Shown here: piece after piece, positions 26,430 through 37,699 of the stretch
How the letters are laid out: every line of letters starts with the position of its first letter
How positions within the stretch are numbered: position 1 is the stretch's first letter
From: Octopus sinensis
Taxonomy: Eukaryota
DNA length: 64,000 nt
Direction of reading: 5' to 3'
Assembly: GCF_006345805.1 (NCBI RefSeq)
Contig: NC_043021.1
Location: 3,162,001 to 3,226,000, forward strand
The notes under the pieces: generated by a model
What the model was told of the DNA's origin: nothing
Seen by the model: only the letters and a program-made list of their open reading frames with translations
Database searches by the model: none
Program-made: the position numbers and the translations under genes

Positions 26430-26553
26430 GTAAGTTGTTTTAATTTAATCAGTAGGTCTCTCACTTTCTCTAATTTTGCACAGGGAACCTCGTCATATGC
26501 TTTAGTTACTGAATCTTATCTACTTTTGTTGTTTTTAAAAATTTATGCACATA

Positions 26554-26945
26554 GGGGCAGGAGTGGCTGTGTGGTAAGTAGCTTGCTAACCAACCACATG
26601 GTTCTGGGTTCAGTCCCACTGCGTGGCATCTTGGGCAAGTGTCTTCTGCTATAGCCCCAGGCCGACCAATGCCTTGTGAGTGGATTTGGTAGACGGAAAC
26701 TGAAAGAAGCCTGTCGTATATATATTTATGTTTGTGTATATGTTTATGTGTCTGTGTTTGTCCCCCTAGCATTACTTGACAACCGATGCTGGTGTGTTTA
26801 TGTTCCCGTTACTTAGCGGTTCGGCAAAAGAGACCGATAGAATAAGTACTGGGCTTACAAAAAGAATAAGTCCCGGGGTCGATTTGCTCGACTAAAGGCG
26901 GTGCTCCAGCATGGCCGCAGTCAAATGACAAACAAGTAAAAGAGT
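26554..26945 (+). mobile_element. Full-length SINE family A (tRNA-like head, CCTTGGGCAAGTGTCTT-type central domain, internal TA/TG microsatellite)
   Basis: GGGGCAGGAGTGGCTGTGTGGTAAGTAGCTTGC...GGTTCAGTCCCACT...TGGCCGCAGTCAAATGAC...AAGTAAAAGAG; resembles known octopus tRNA-derived SINEs, exact family not verified. Confidence 0.9.
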
Positions 26946-26955
26946 ATATGTTTAA

Positions 26956-27372
26956 GCCATTAGCATTCAGATTATTATGTCAACTATGTTGGTTCACATT
27001 GTTTTCAATTAATCATGCAATTATCTTGTAGCTTTGAGTGTTTGATGGTGTGATTGTTTATTTTTAGAATGGCATTGTAGCATTGATGCAAGAGGCAGGA
27101 TCTGGCCAAGGAAAAGCTGGTAGAATATCTTAGATATGGCTGGTTTTAAATTCTCCAACCCTTTGGCATTTGTATTATTTTGTCAAAAGCAATGCTTATT
27201 TATTCACACTGTTTTGAATTAATCATGCATTATCTTGTAGCTTTGAGATTTTGATGAGGTAACTGTTTAGAATGACATTGTAGGGTTGGTGTGATAAGCC
27301 AGATCTGGCCAGTTTGAACATAAAAGAGACAGAATATTTGGGCTGGATGTGGCCAGTTTAAATGCTAAAAGG
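26956..27372. mobile_element. Two adjacent degenerate family D MITEs
   Basis: TTAA-GCCATTAGCATTCAGATTATT at 26952 and CCCTTTGGCATT at 27159; bodies similar to 11795-12013. Confidence 0.7.
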
Positions 27373-27703
27373 TAGCTCAAAGAAATGACCATTACTATAT
27401 TCTCTTGACCATTTGTCATGTTCTCCTTAAATTAATGCAATAAATGAATCGATTGCTTGGCTTATGATAAATGGCCCCTATTGTGTTTAGTTGAAGGAGA
27501 AATGGGAATTGTGGGCAAACATGCCTATTCCAGAGGCATTAGCAATGTAAGTGAAATAATTTTCACTATGATGAGAAATAAGATTGCACTCATCTTTACC
27601 AGGAGATGATGTCCTATGCAGCTCATAAGCAAGCTACTATTAACTTGTTTGGATGAAGAGAAGCTAAGCCATCGACCTTTACTGCTCAATATTTGCTTTA
27701 AAT

Positions 27704-27911
27704 CAGTGGTTGTCAACTGGGGTCCATATAAGATTTTGTTGTTAAAATTTATATGTAGTAAATTAATTGTACAATAAACAAAATATTTTCACAATTCTTT
27801 TATACAATTCCTAATAATATTTAATCATAGTCACTGAATGGTTAGGAGGGATTCCACCCTGCTTCTTGAGTAAAATAGGAATCTAGGCCCCAAAACGGTT
27901 AAGAACCACTG
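27704..27911. mobile_element. hAT-type MITE (right TSD interrupted by a piggyBac-type MITE)
   Basis: TIR CAGTGGTTGTCAAC / GTTAAGAACCACTG; left TSD CTTTAAAT. Confidence 0.8.
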
Positions 27912-27917
27912 CTTTAA

Positions 27918-28126
27918 CCCTTCAGCATTCAGATTTATTCTGTCACATGTAATGCCTTTTTCATTCACGTTGTGTTTAAATAATCATGCTTTATCTCCCA
28001 GCTTTGAAATTTTGATGATGTGATTGTAGATTTTTAGAGTAGCATTGAAAGGTAAGTGTGACCAGCTGCATCTGACTGGTTAGAACCAAAAACAAGAAGC
28101 ATATTTGGGCCTGGGATGTGTCTGGG
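27918..28126. mobile_element. piggyBac-type MITE, family D
   Basis: TTAA-CCCTTCAGCATTCAG...GGG-TTAA (28127-30). Confidence 0.75.
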
Positions 28127-28183
28127 TTAAATAAACATGGGCGGGGCTGGGTATATAGAAGCTGATAGAAGTGGCAGCACATC

Positions 28184-28581
28184 TCTCTTTTACTCTTATT
28201 TGTTTCAGTCATTTGACTGCGGCCATGCTGGAGCACCGCCTTAAATCGAGCAACTCGACCCCGGGACTTATTCTTTTGTAAGCCCAGTACTTATTCCATC
28301 GGTCTCTTTTGCCGAACCGCTAAGTAACGGGGACATAAACACACCAGCATCGGTTGTCAAGCAATGCTAGGGAGACAATCACAGACACACAAACACACAC
28401 ACGCATATATATATATATATATATACGACAGGCTTCTTTCAGTTTCCGTCTACCAAATCCACTCACAAGGCTTTGGTTGGCCCGAGGCTATAGCAGAAGA
28501 CACTTGCCCAAGATGCCGCACAGTGGGACTGAACCCGGAACCATGTGGTTGGTTAGCAAGCTACTTACCACACAGCCACTC
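28184..28581 (-). mobile_element. SINE family A
   Basis: Reverse complement of the 26554 copy along its length. Confidence 0.9.
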
Positions 28582-29798
28582 TGGGTATTTGTTGAAACAT
28601 GTGAGTGAAATGTTGCCAATTTGATGATATTGATCGATTCTGGTTTCTATCAGCCTGTTCGATTCCAGCCCATTTGAGACTGGCCCCAGTTCTGTGATAA
28701 AGACTTCCTGTTTTAACGTGATCTCAAACCTTTCATCAAAGTTTCATATTTATGTTCCAAACATCAGCTTAATAATGACAAAGTTTACTAAATTCTTTAG
28801 AATTTTCTAAATTAATTGTATTAGTGAAGGCAGTGCATGTCAATAGAAATATGATAACTAGCATAAAAAAAAAATATCTTTACCAACATTAGCAAAACCA
28901 GTGGGTTTTTTTTCCTATGCTATTCCTTGTGTAAACCCACTACAGTTTAGAAATCACTAACATTGACTGTATGGCTTTTTTAAACACCTTGTTGTCTCCC
29001 TTTATGTGCTGAGTTTATTTCAGTGATGTGTTTCCTTGGGCCACAGGCACTGATGTATGGCTTCAGTACTGTTTAACTGATCTAAGATGAATCTGTTCCG
29101 GGATAGGATGCCAGCCTATATAGCAAGTAACATCCTCAGACAAACTTGTACCAATTCCTGACGGCTCTAAGGTCTATAGAATTCTTGTGTTATGTTCAGA
29201 AACACAAATAAGTATTTGTATCTATTACGATTGATGGTTTGTTAGCCAGTTGTCTTACACCTAGTCACTTGACCAATGTGTTTACACAACCCTTAAATAA
29301 CGATTTCTTTAACCAAACATGAAATAGGGTTAGACTGACCACACAATAGAACTGTATTCAGCCATGTTCCTCTTTCACGTTCTTATCATTGTCGTTTAAC
29401 ATCCACTCTTCCATGCACAGGTCAGAATTCCCTTTTTTTCTTCTTCTTCTTTGAGACAGCTTTTCTATGACCAGATGCTCTTCCTGTTGCCAACCTCACC
29501 TGTTCCCAAACCTGATAATAGTTCCTCGTGGAAGACTGGAAACAAACATCACCTGTTGTATGTTGGTGATACACTTTTACAATCATAAAATGATGTCACG
29601 GCATGGTCACACACACACATAATGAGCTTCTTTCAGATTCCATCAACTAGATGCATTCACAAAGACATGGGACCCTGACAGGTGCTACTAATCTGCATCA
29701 GAGTAGACCTGGGAAAAATAGTGGCTAAGAAACAGTCCCACATGCCACAAAACCTTGGAACTTCTGACACCAGTGCCCCGCTACCAGATGCAGTTTAA

Positions 29799-30016
29799 CC
29801 CTTTCGTTACCATATTTTTGAGATGTTCTGTGTTTCTTTCAATTAATTTTAAATATAACAAAGAATTTAGTAAAATAACTTAGTTATCATTAAGCTAGTG
29901 TTAGGAAGATACATTGTGACTAAGGTTTGGTGGAAGATTTTAATTCAGAACTTTTGCAAACAAGACATTTGTATTCAGAGCCAGAGGCAGTTTCAGCCAG
30001 GTTGGTATCGAAAGGG
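29799..30016. mobile_element. piggyBac-type MITE, family C
   Basis: TTAA-CCCTTTCGTTACC...GGTATCGAAAGGG-TTAA. Confidence 0.85.
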
Positions 30017-30520
30017 TTAAAACCATACCCATTAGACTTAATTGTTAATGCTAAGTGAGTTATGGTTGTAGAAGTGAAATGGCACAAATGGAATAATGGG
30101 TGCTTTGAGGTGTAATTAGAAGCGTGGTCATCTTGCAAGTGATGGATATGGAATTCAGATTCTCTCAATGGTTCTGTTCTTTTTGTCTCTAGTTTGTAGT
30201 TTATAATATCTGAGAAAAAAGACTTCTCCATACACTGTCAACATCAAGTACTGTATCCATTTCATTCTGAATATCCCAGTCTGTTTGGCTGTAAGTAGAT
30301 ACCAGAGTGTGAAATTCCTTCAAAACTCTGCAGCTTGTGTGAGTGACATAAACAATAGTTTTGTTAGTTTTAGGTTCTGGGTATAGGTTCTCTTGTAGCC
30401 CTGGTACATGAATAGATTGTGCCCCACAATGGAATCATATTTCAGTATGGACATCACGGAATATGATACCATTTGTGGGTGTGTGTGTGTGTGTTCACAC
30501 CTGTGCTTATCCCTCTATTA

Positions 30521-31380
30521 TATTAGGTTGTCAAGAAAGTTCTTGCGGCTTTTAACCTTCAAATTCAGATGCACATATCTTGGCTCAAACAAAAATTTAT
30601 TAATCAAAATAAACACCATCAGAATCAACACTTTTGCCAACGCAAAACGAGTTTATTTATGCGAGTAGCATACAAATTTGGTGACAAAGTCGTTGAAGTT
30701 GTGTTTGGCATTGTCTTGGTTTTTTAAGCATTTCTCACTCAGGAAGTTGTTGAGATGCTTGAAAAAGTGATAGTCAGTAGGCAAGAGGTCTGGTGAGTAT
30801 GGCTGATGAGGCAGAGTTTCGTAGCCCAATTCGTTTGACTTCTGCAGGGTCAGTTGTGCGGCATGCGACCGAGCGTTGTCATGGAGAAGAATTGGTCCTT
30901 TTCTATTGACCAATGCTGGTTGTTGTTATCAGAGTTTCTTATGCATTTTGTCCATTTGCTGACAGTACTTCGCTGTAATGGTTTCGCCTGGATCCAAAAA
31001 GTTGTGATGGATGAGACTGGCTGCAGACCACCAAACAGTCACCATGACCATCTTTTGGTGCAACTCTGACTTTGGGAAGTACCGTGGAGCTTCGTCAACG
31101 TCCAACCACTGAACTGAGCATGGCAGTTGTCATAAAGAATCCACTTTGCATCGCAAATCACAGTCCGGTCAAGAAACGGGTTTTTGTTGCGTAAAAGACG
31201 ACGACAAAACGGGGTTGTTTTTTTTCTTTGGTTGGCGTTCAATTCGTGTGGCACCCATTTCTCAAGTATTTTTGTTTTTCCAATCTCTTTCAAGTGGTTG
31301 GAAATTGTCGTATACATTACGTCTAATTCAGAAGCAATTCTTGGCCAGAGAGTTTTGAATAAACCCACAACATATTTTAT
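30521..31380 (-). pseudogene. Decayed mariner (DD34D) transposase with one TIR
   Basis: Fragments KWVPHEL, CDAKWILYDN, LLHDNARSH and YSPDLLPTDYHFF in shifted frames; TATTAGGTTG terminus at 30521. Confidence 0.9.
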
Positions 31381-31386
31381 AGTATA

Positions 31387-31631
31387 CAGTAAATCCCTCA
31401 CTATATCACGGTTCACCTATTGCGGTTTATTATTTAAGCTTATGTCGATTCCTCCATGGTATCGTTTTACATTTATGATAAAATAAATACATACAAATTA
31501 TAAAAATAATAACAAAAAAATATGGAATACTGATAAAAAAAATTATAGAGTATGATACTGTTTCTACTTTGACCTATCGCGGCGGGGTGGGGTTTTGAAA
31601 CGTAGCACCAGTGATAGTCGAAGGATTACTG
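31387..31631. mobile_element. Tc1/mariner/pogo-type MITE with TA TSD
   Basis: TA-CAGTAAATCCCTCACTAT...ATAGTCGAAGGATTACTG-TA. Confidence 0.7.
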
Positions 31632-32473
31632 TACTCCACAGTTGTTAATCTGCTGAAATAACAGATAATTGTAGCAGTAAAAGCACAACCAACTCATCAG
31701 GCAGTATATTGTGTAGCCATGAGATTATCATTGTACTGTGTATTTAGAGGTTTCCTGATCACTTGATAGCGACTGCATAAATAAAAAAGCCAACAGTGAG
31801 GGAGACACAATTGAGTTCTACTATTTTGGCATAATAAACAACTGCTTCTGAGTATCATTTTTGTGATAAGCCCTTCGTATCTGTTGGCTCAGCAGTTCTG
31901 GAAGCTATATCTTCTTTTAAGTAATTCCCAGTAACTGAAAAGTGTCTGAGAATTCCACAAGATAAAAGAGATCTTAGATAAAATTTGATAAATATTTATT
32001 AAAAGTTATCCATTTCAACATAACATTTTACTTGTTTCAGTCCCTGGAGTATTGTCCTATTGGAGCACTAACTTAAGAGTTTTGTCGGTCAAATCGGCCC
32101 CAGTACTATTTTTATTATTATTATTATTTTTAAGTGCATTATTTATTTATTCTATTGGTTCTTAAGCCAATCTGCTAAGTTACAAGGGCATAAACAAACC
32201 TACACCGGTTAAGAAGCAGTGGTGAAGGACAGGCACGTGCACACTTCGTATGTATGTATCTGTCTGTGACGAGGTTTTATATTTTGCTTTTTTCTGTTAC
32301 ATTCTCTCTTCTAAATAATTTCATTTAATCTGTCTCTCATGAAAATTAATTTGCTGGGAATTATCCATTAAATAAAGACATGAATGGGTTCCAGAACGGC
32401 TGGCCACACACATCCGAAGTTATTTATCTCAAAGTCTTTGTTGACCTTTTCTTACTACTATACGTGTCCAATA

Positions 32474-32843
32474 GGCGCAGGAGTGGCTGTGTGGTAAGTA
32501 GCTTGCTTAGTTCTGGGTTCAGCCCCACTGCGTGACATCTTGGGCAAGTGTCTTCTGCTATAGCCTCGGGCCGACCAAAGCCTTGTGAGTGGATTTGGTA
32601 GATGGAAACTGAAAGAAGCCCGTCGTATATATACGTGTGTGTCTGTGTTTGTCCTTCTAGCATTGCTGGACAACCGATGCTGGTGTTTATGGCCCCGTAA
32701 CTTAGCGGTTCGGTAAAAAATGACCGATAGAATAAGTACTAGGCTTACAAAGAATAAGTCCTGGGGTCGATTTGTTCGACTAAAGGCGGTGCTCCAGCAT
32801 GGCCCACAGTCAAATGACTGAAACAAGAAAAAGAGTAAAAGAG
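32474..32843 (+). mobile_element. SINE family A
   Basis: GGCGCAGGAGTGGCTGTGTGG... through GAAACAAGAAAAAGAG. Confidence 0.9.
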
Positions 32844-33607
32844 CCTTTTACGTCTAGACACCCCTATTGGAAAGAAAATATAATTAAGTAAAGGAGAAAA
32901 AGAAATCCGTAGAAATACTGTCGGTTCCGGGGAGATAACTCTGTAACTTCCAACTTTTACTTTAATTAGTTTAGAAATGTGATGACGGATTCTGGTGCAT
33001 TCTGTAGTTTAACTTTGATAGCTTTGGATGTTATTTTAAATGGCTAGTATGGTTCTCTTCCACGATGTAATTGCTTCAGTTTCAAGACACTGTCCCAGGT
33101 CAAATCACTTGCCGGACAAGTACAACTCCGAAATTAGTAAATATATTTCTGGAGCATTCGAGATACTTCCAAGTCAAAAAAAGCTACATGTTCACGACGC
33201 TTTCTCCAAAAGTGTACTTTCTCGTCAAATAACTAAAACTAGCTACACTTAAAGAATGTGGAGTTAACTTGTGTGGAACGACGATTAACTAATGCAGTTG
33301 TGGTTACACGTCGGAGCAGGGTGCAAACTAAATGTTGCCTTTCATATTATTTCTGAATGCACTCTGCTTGCGTGATTGCGCTAACAATGTTTATTCCCAC
33401 AACAGAAACAAACGTGTTTTTAAGACAATCGGTCCTTGATGCGTCCCTCAACTGCCCTTACAATCAAAATCCATTACTCCCAAGTGGTTTGTCTGCAATA
33501 ATAAATTTGTCATCGGCCAGTTTTAAAAAAGACATTTATTAATCAAATATCTTGACAAGGGAAGCAACTCTTGGATGTGCTTGTATATTAAGCTTCTCTC
33601 TGATTTA

Positions 33608-34020
33608 TTTACTTACTCTTTTACTGCGGCCATGCTGGAGCAGCGCCTTTAGTCGAGCAAATCGACCCCGGGACTTACTCTTTGTAAGCCCAGTACTTAT
33701 TCTATCGGTCTCTTTTGCCGAACCGCTAAGTAACGGGGTCATAAACACACCAGCATCGGTTGCCAAGCAATGCTAGGGGGACAAACACAGACAAACATAT
33801 ACACACACATATATTTATTTGTATATATATATATATATATACACACACATATATACGATGGGCTTCTTTCAGTTTCCGTCTACCAAATCTATTCACAAGG
33901 CTTTGGTCGGCCCGAGGCTATAGTAGAAGACACTTGCCCAAGGTGCCATGCAGTGGGACTGAACCTGGAACCACGTGGTTGGTAAACAAGCTACTTACCA
34001 CACAGCCACTCCTGCGCCTA
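33608..34020 (-). mobile_element. SINE family A
   Basis: Ends CACACAGCCACTCCTGCGCCTA (reverse complement of the head). Confidence 0.9.
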
Positions 34021-34526
34021 CAAGTACTTACAATATGTTCATGGCCCTTTCTCCCAAGATGTACTTTTGTGAACTGCTAAAACTAGAATGAAAGAATGTG
34101 AAGTTAACTTGTGAAACGAGGATTAATTAATGCAGTTTTGGTTACGTAGGAGCGGTGTGCATATTGTTGCCTCCCATAGAACATTCGTATAATCATTTGT
34201 AAAGGAATGTGGTTTTGTGGTTAAGGTAACTGCACTAATAATGTTTATTCCCTCCCGCCCCAACTGAAGCGAACAGGTGTTTTTGGAGCAATTCTCAATT
34301 GCCCTTACAGCCGAAATCCATTACTCGAAGAATTGAAATAAAACCAATGACATCATCGGCCAATTATAAAACTCGTTTATAAGTGACAAAGGGAAGCAAC
34401 TCTTTGTTGTGTTTGTCTATTAGCTTTTTCTCTCCGTGGTTTGTTACTGCAAGCCTGTTTGTACTCAACTAACAGGCAACAACCAGAACATTTTATCTTT
34501 TATCTATTTCAGTCATTAGACAAGGT

Positions 34527-34795
34527 ATGGTGCTGCTGTAGTTTATAGCCCCAGGAAGACATCTCCTCCAGCTGGCTATTGACATACTGTCTGTGCAAAG
34601 GGAAATCATTGTTCCCATCTCCAGCCTGATGCGATACACACGGACCCAGGTTTCTGAGCAGTAACCCGTCATCAGCACGTGACAATCAGTGGCTAGGGAT
34701 GAGAAGTGATATTTCCTTTTGCAAATATTGATAGTGTGCACACTAGCCAGCTGGAGGAGATGTCTTCCTGGGGCTACAAGCTAGAGTAGCATCAT
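34527..34795. repeat. Inverted repeat with a perfect 33-bp core (MITE-like or RNA hairpin)
   Basis: 34546-34578 is the exact reverse complement of 34744-34776; imperfect pairing extends on both sides. Confidence 0.85.
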
Positions 34796-34989
34796 CCCAT
34801 ATGGGTCAACCACATTTAGGTGGCAAATATACTTCACAATATATATGTATGTGTGTGTGTGTGTGTATATATATATGTGTATATATATGTGTATATATGT
34901 ATGTATATATAAATAAAATGTTTCTATTTCTTGACTAATGTTTGCTCTGCACTAATCCCTTTTTTTTCTCTCTTTGTTTTTATGAACAG

Positions 34990-35737
34990 GAAGAAGATTG
35001 CTGATCATATTGATGAATTCCATCAAGCACCACTGAAGATTGTTGTAGATAAAAACTTCAAGAAATACCAAATGGTATTTCCTTCACTGGGTGCCAGCAG
35101 AGAAAAGTTCCGTAGTAAGGGCATGACAGACATGTACCGTCACCGAAGAGCAAGTGGCAGTACCAGAAACAAAGTTATCAACCTTGACGACTCCGATGAT
35201 TCTGACGACTCCGAGTCGACGTCTGACTGGCGGCCTTCCTCCGAGAGCGATGACGATGATTACATCACACGATACTGCTGTTGTTATTGTTCGATGCGAA
35301 CACATGACTATGAGCGCTTCCGTAAGCATATTGCTAAACATTCCAGAAGCTGTGAGGAGCTTCAGTGTCAAAGCTGCTCATACCGTACGCATGATACGTA
35401 CAAGTTTGAGCATCACCTCAAGAAGCATCCAAGGGAGCATTTTTGTGGCTACTGCAACTTCTCGTCGATGCAAGAGTCCTTTGTGCAGCTGCATGTTCGG
35501 CGATTGCATCCAAAAAAACCAATTCAGATTCATAGTCGTAGCAAAGCTGCTGCAGCCAGCAACAGGACTCTGCCATCTGCGGTGGTGCCAGCCAATTTCA
35601 ATGTGCGTGTTGTTCTTAAAGACTTCCTGGCACTTGACACTCTGGAATTTGATTCCTTAATGAAAGCCAATTTCATTCACAGCATTGATCTTGAAGACAT
35701 TGTTCTTGAAGAAGATAAACTGTTGTCTGTATTGTGA
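34990..35737 (+). CDS. Last coding exon of the giant zinc-finger protein (completes one finger, adds three, acidic linker, stop TGA)
   Basis: Frame matches the 26429 donor; CCYC..HIAKH, CQSC..HLKKH and CGYC..HVRRLH fingers. Confidence 0.88.
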
Positions 35738-36629
35738 TCTCTCCATCACTCCTCCTCCTCACCCTCCTCCTCCTCTCTGAAGAAGAGGGGTGGTTTTAAC
35801 AAACAAACAAACAAACACACCCTTTCCTAGCCCCTCCCCCCTGCTGTACATAGTACCATTGGTTGATAATGTAGCCAAATAAAAGTCTAGACAAATACTA
35901 TAACCAAGATGGAGAAAAATAAGAAAAAACAAAAAAAAAAAAAACTTGGTTGGCTGATGAACTTACAAAAAAAATTTTTTTTTTTTTAAACCTGTGTTTT
36001 ATTTTTCAAATTCTTCTGTGAAGAATTAGTGGCCGTTTGCTTCAATAAGATTAGGAAGAATCTGAGCAGGAACCAGCAACCTTGAAATGGTTCTTAATGT
36101 GATTCCTTTCCATTGGAATGTAATTTGAAGTTTAAAGTTCTGAATCTCTCTCACCGTGGCATGTGGTCTTTAACTGGTGTCACAAAGCTTAAGTTAAAAC
36201 AGTTTCCTCCTGTGACATTTGTTAATTAAGGACCAGCTTCTTTACTTCAAACATCCTGGTTTTCATCCTACCCTCCCATCCACCCACCCACCAACTGTAA
36301 ACACGTTTGCGCCTGTGCACAGAACGCATTTGCATCCACCCGTCAATTCTCCTCCCAGAATCCTGTTCTGGGCTTGAGACATTACAGGTGATCGATCATC
36401 AATATGTGTGTCACCTGTAGTGTTAATTGGTGAAAATTGTCATCATACCTTAAGTTTGGAACAAGGGAGAAGTAATAATGACACCTTGCCCCACACCCCA
36501 ATCCTGACCCATGCATGTACCAGCCCTGTTGAGACAGGCACCAAGACCCACCTTTAAACCTGATAAAAACCCATTTTGAAGATATCATTAAAAGAAATGA
36601 AAACACCAAAAGGCATTCATTTAAAGCTG

Positions 36630-36935
36630 TTAAATGTCTGCGTGTGTGTATGTGTATATATATATATCACACACTTGTATATTAGTGCACATACATGGGT
36701 ACATATATATGTATGTATATACACATATGTGTGTATATGCACATATATTCATGTATATGTGTGTATATGCATGTATATATAAATGTGTGTGTGTGTGTGT
36801 ATATATATAATGATACTGAATATGTATGTGTGATGTTATGTATATATCAGGCATGTAAGTATGTAGATAGGTGTGATGTTATGTATATTTGGCACCAAGT
36901 GTGTGTGTGTATGTATGTATGTATGTATGTAGATA
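36630..36935. repeat. Compound (TG/TA) microsatellite
   Basis: Seen directly in the sequence. Confidence 0.9.
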
Positions 36936-37699
36936 TTAATGGCTGCGAGGTTAAGGTGCTAGATTTACAGACCAGATGGTCGTGTGTTCAAACCTTGCTA
37001 GTGCAGCCATTGTACTGTTGTGCTGCTCCTGGGCAAAGGCAAAGCAGAGCAAATAATGAATAGAGCTCCGCTTGTTCCTGTGTTTTTTGCCTGACTTAAT
37101 TTTAAACAGGTCCCTACTACCTGATTCACTGTTTGAGTGGTTAGTGGTAAGGAAGGGCAAAACATCTGTAGGTGTGAAAAATAATTTGCTCCAACAAAAA
37201 AAAAATCCATCCCACCCATAAAAGCATAGAAAACGAAAAAAAAAAAAATCACAAAAAAATGGATGTAAAACAGCAACAATAAAAATGTTATTAAAACCGT
37301 CGCGTCACAAAAAAAAAAACAAGATTTTGGACTTGCTTGTACGTCATTCCAGGTCATAACAGCACATCGTAATATTTCCAAGACCCCGTTCCCATGGTTT
37401 TTCTATCTTCCTTTTATATTACTTTGTTTTGTTAAAATTTTTTTTTTCTAGGTCACAGTTAAAAAGTAAGGGAGGTTGGAAAAGGCAAAACTTTTTTTGT
37501 CCTATTTAATATGAAAGAATTTACTGTGTGTACCAGACCTTGGCCATCTTGATGAAAATAACTGATTATTGTTGTTCTCTAGCCCCGAACAAGACCTCAA
37601 CCAATACATGCTGCCCCAATTTGTCTTTTCTTTCAGATGTTTTATGTCTACATATACCTTATCCAAAATGTTCTCCGACACCACCACCCCCTTTTTTTT

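Larger units (their letters stand above)
26430..34989 (+). other. Phase-2 GT-AG intron (8560 bp), TE-rich
   Basis: GTAAGT donor; TTTTTTTCTCTCTTTGTTTTTATGAACAG acceptor; CG+G rebuilds an Arg codon and completes the finger CGYCLFRAYSR-KKIADHIDEFH. Confidence 0.85.

Noticed and set aside
26554-26640. tRNA genes
   Set aside because: A/B-box-like motifs are SINE heads that run into SINE bodies; no cloverleaf acceptor stem or Pol III terminator.
14785-35737. Assigning a gene symbol or membership of the cephalopod C2H2-ZNF clusters
   Set aside because: No TGEKP-linked tandem array and no family I can recognise with confidence; needs a homology search.
35878-35883. AATAAA as the gene's polyadenylation signal
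   Set aside because: The hexamer is very frequent in this AT-rich DNA; it cannot be singled out without 3'-end data.
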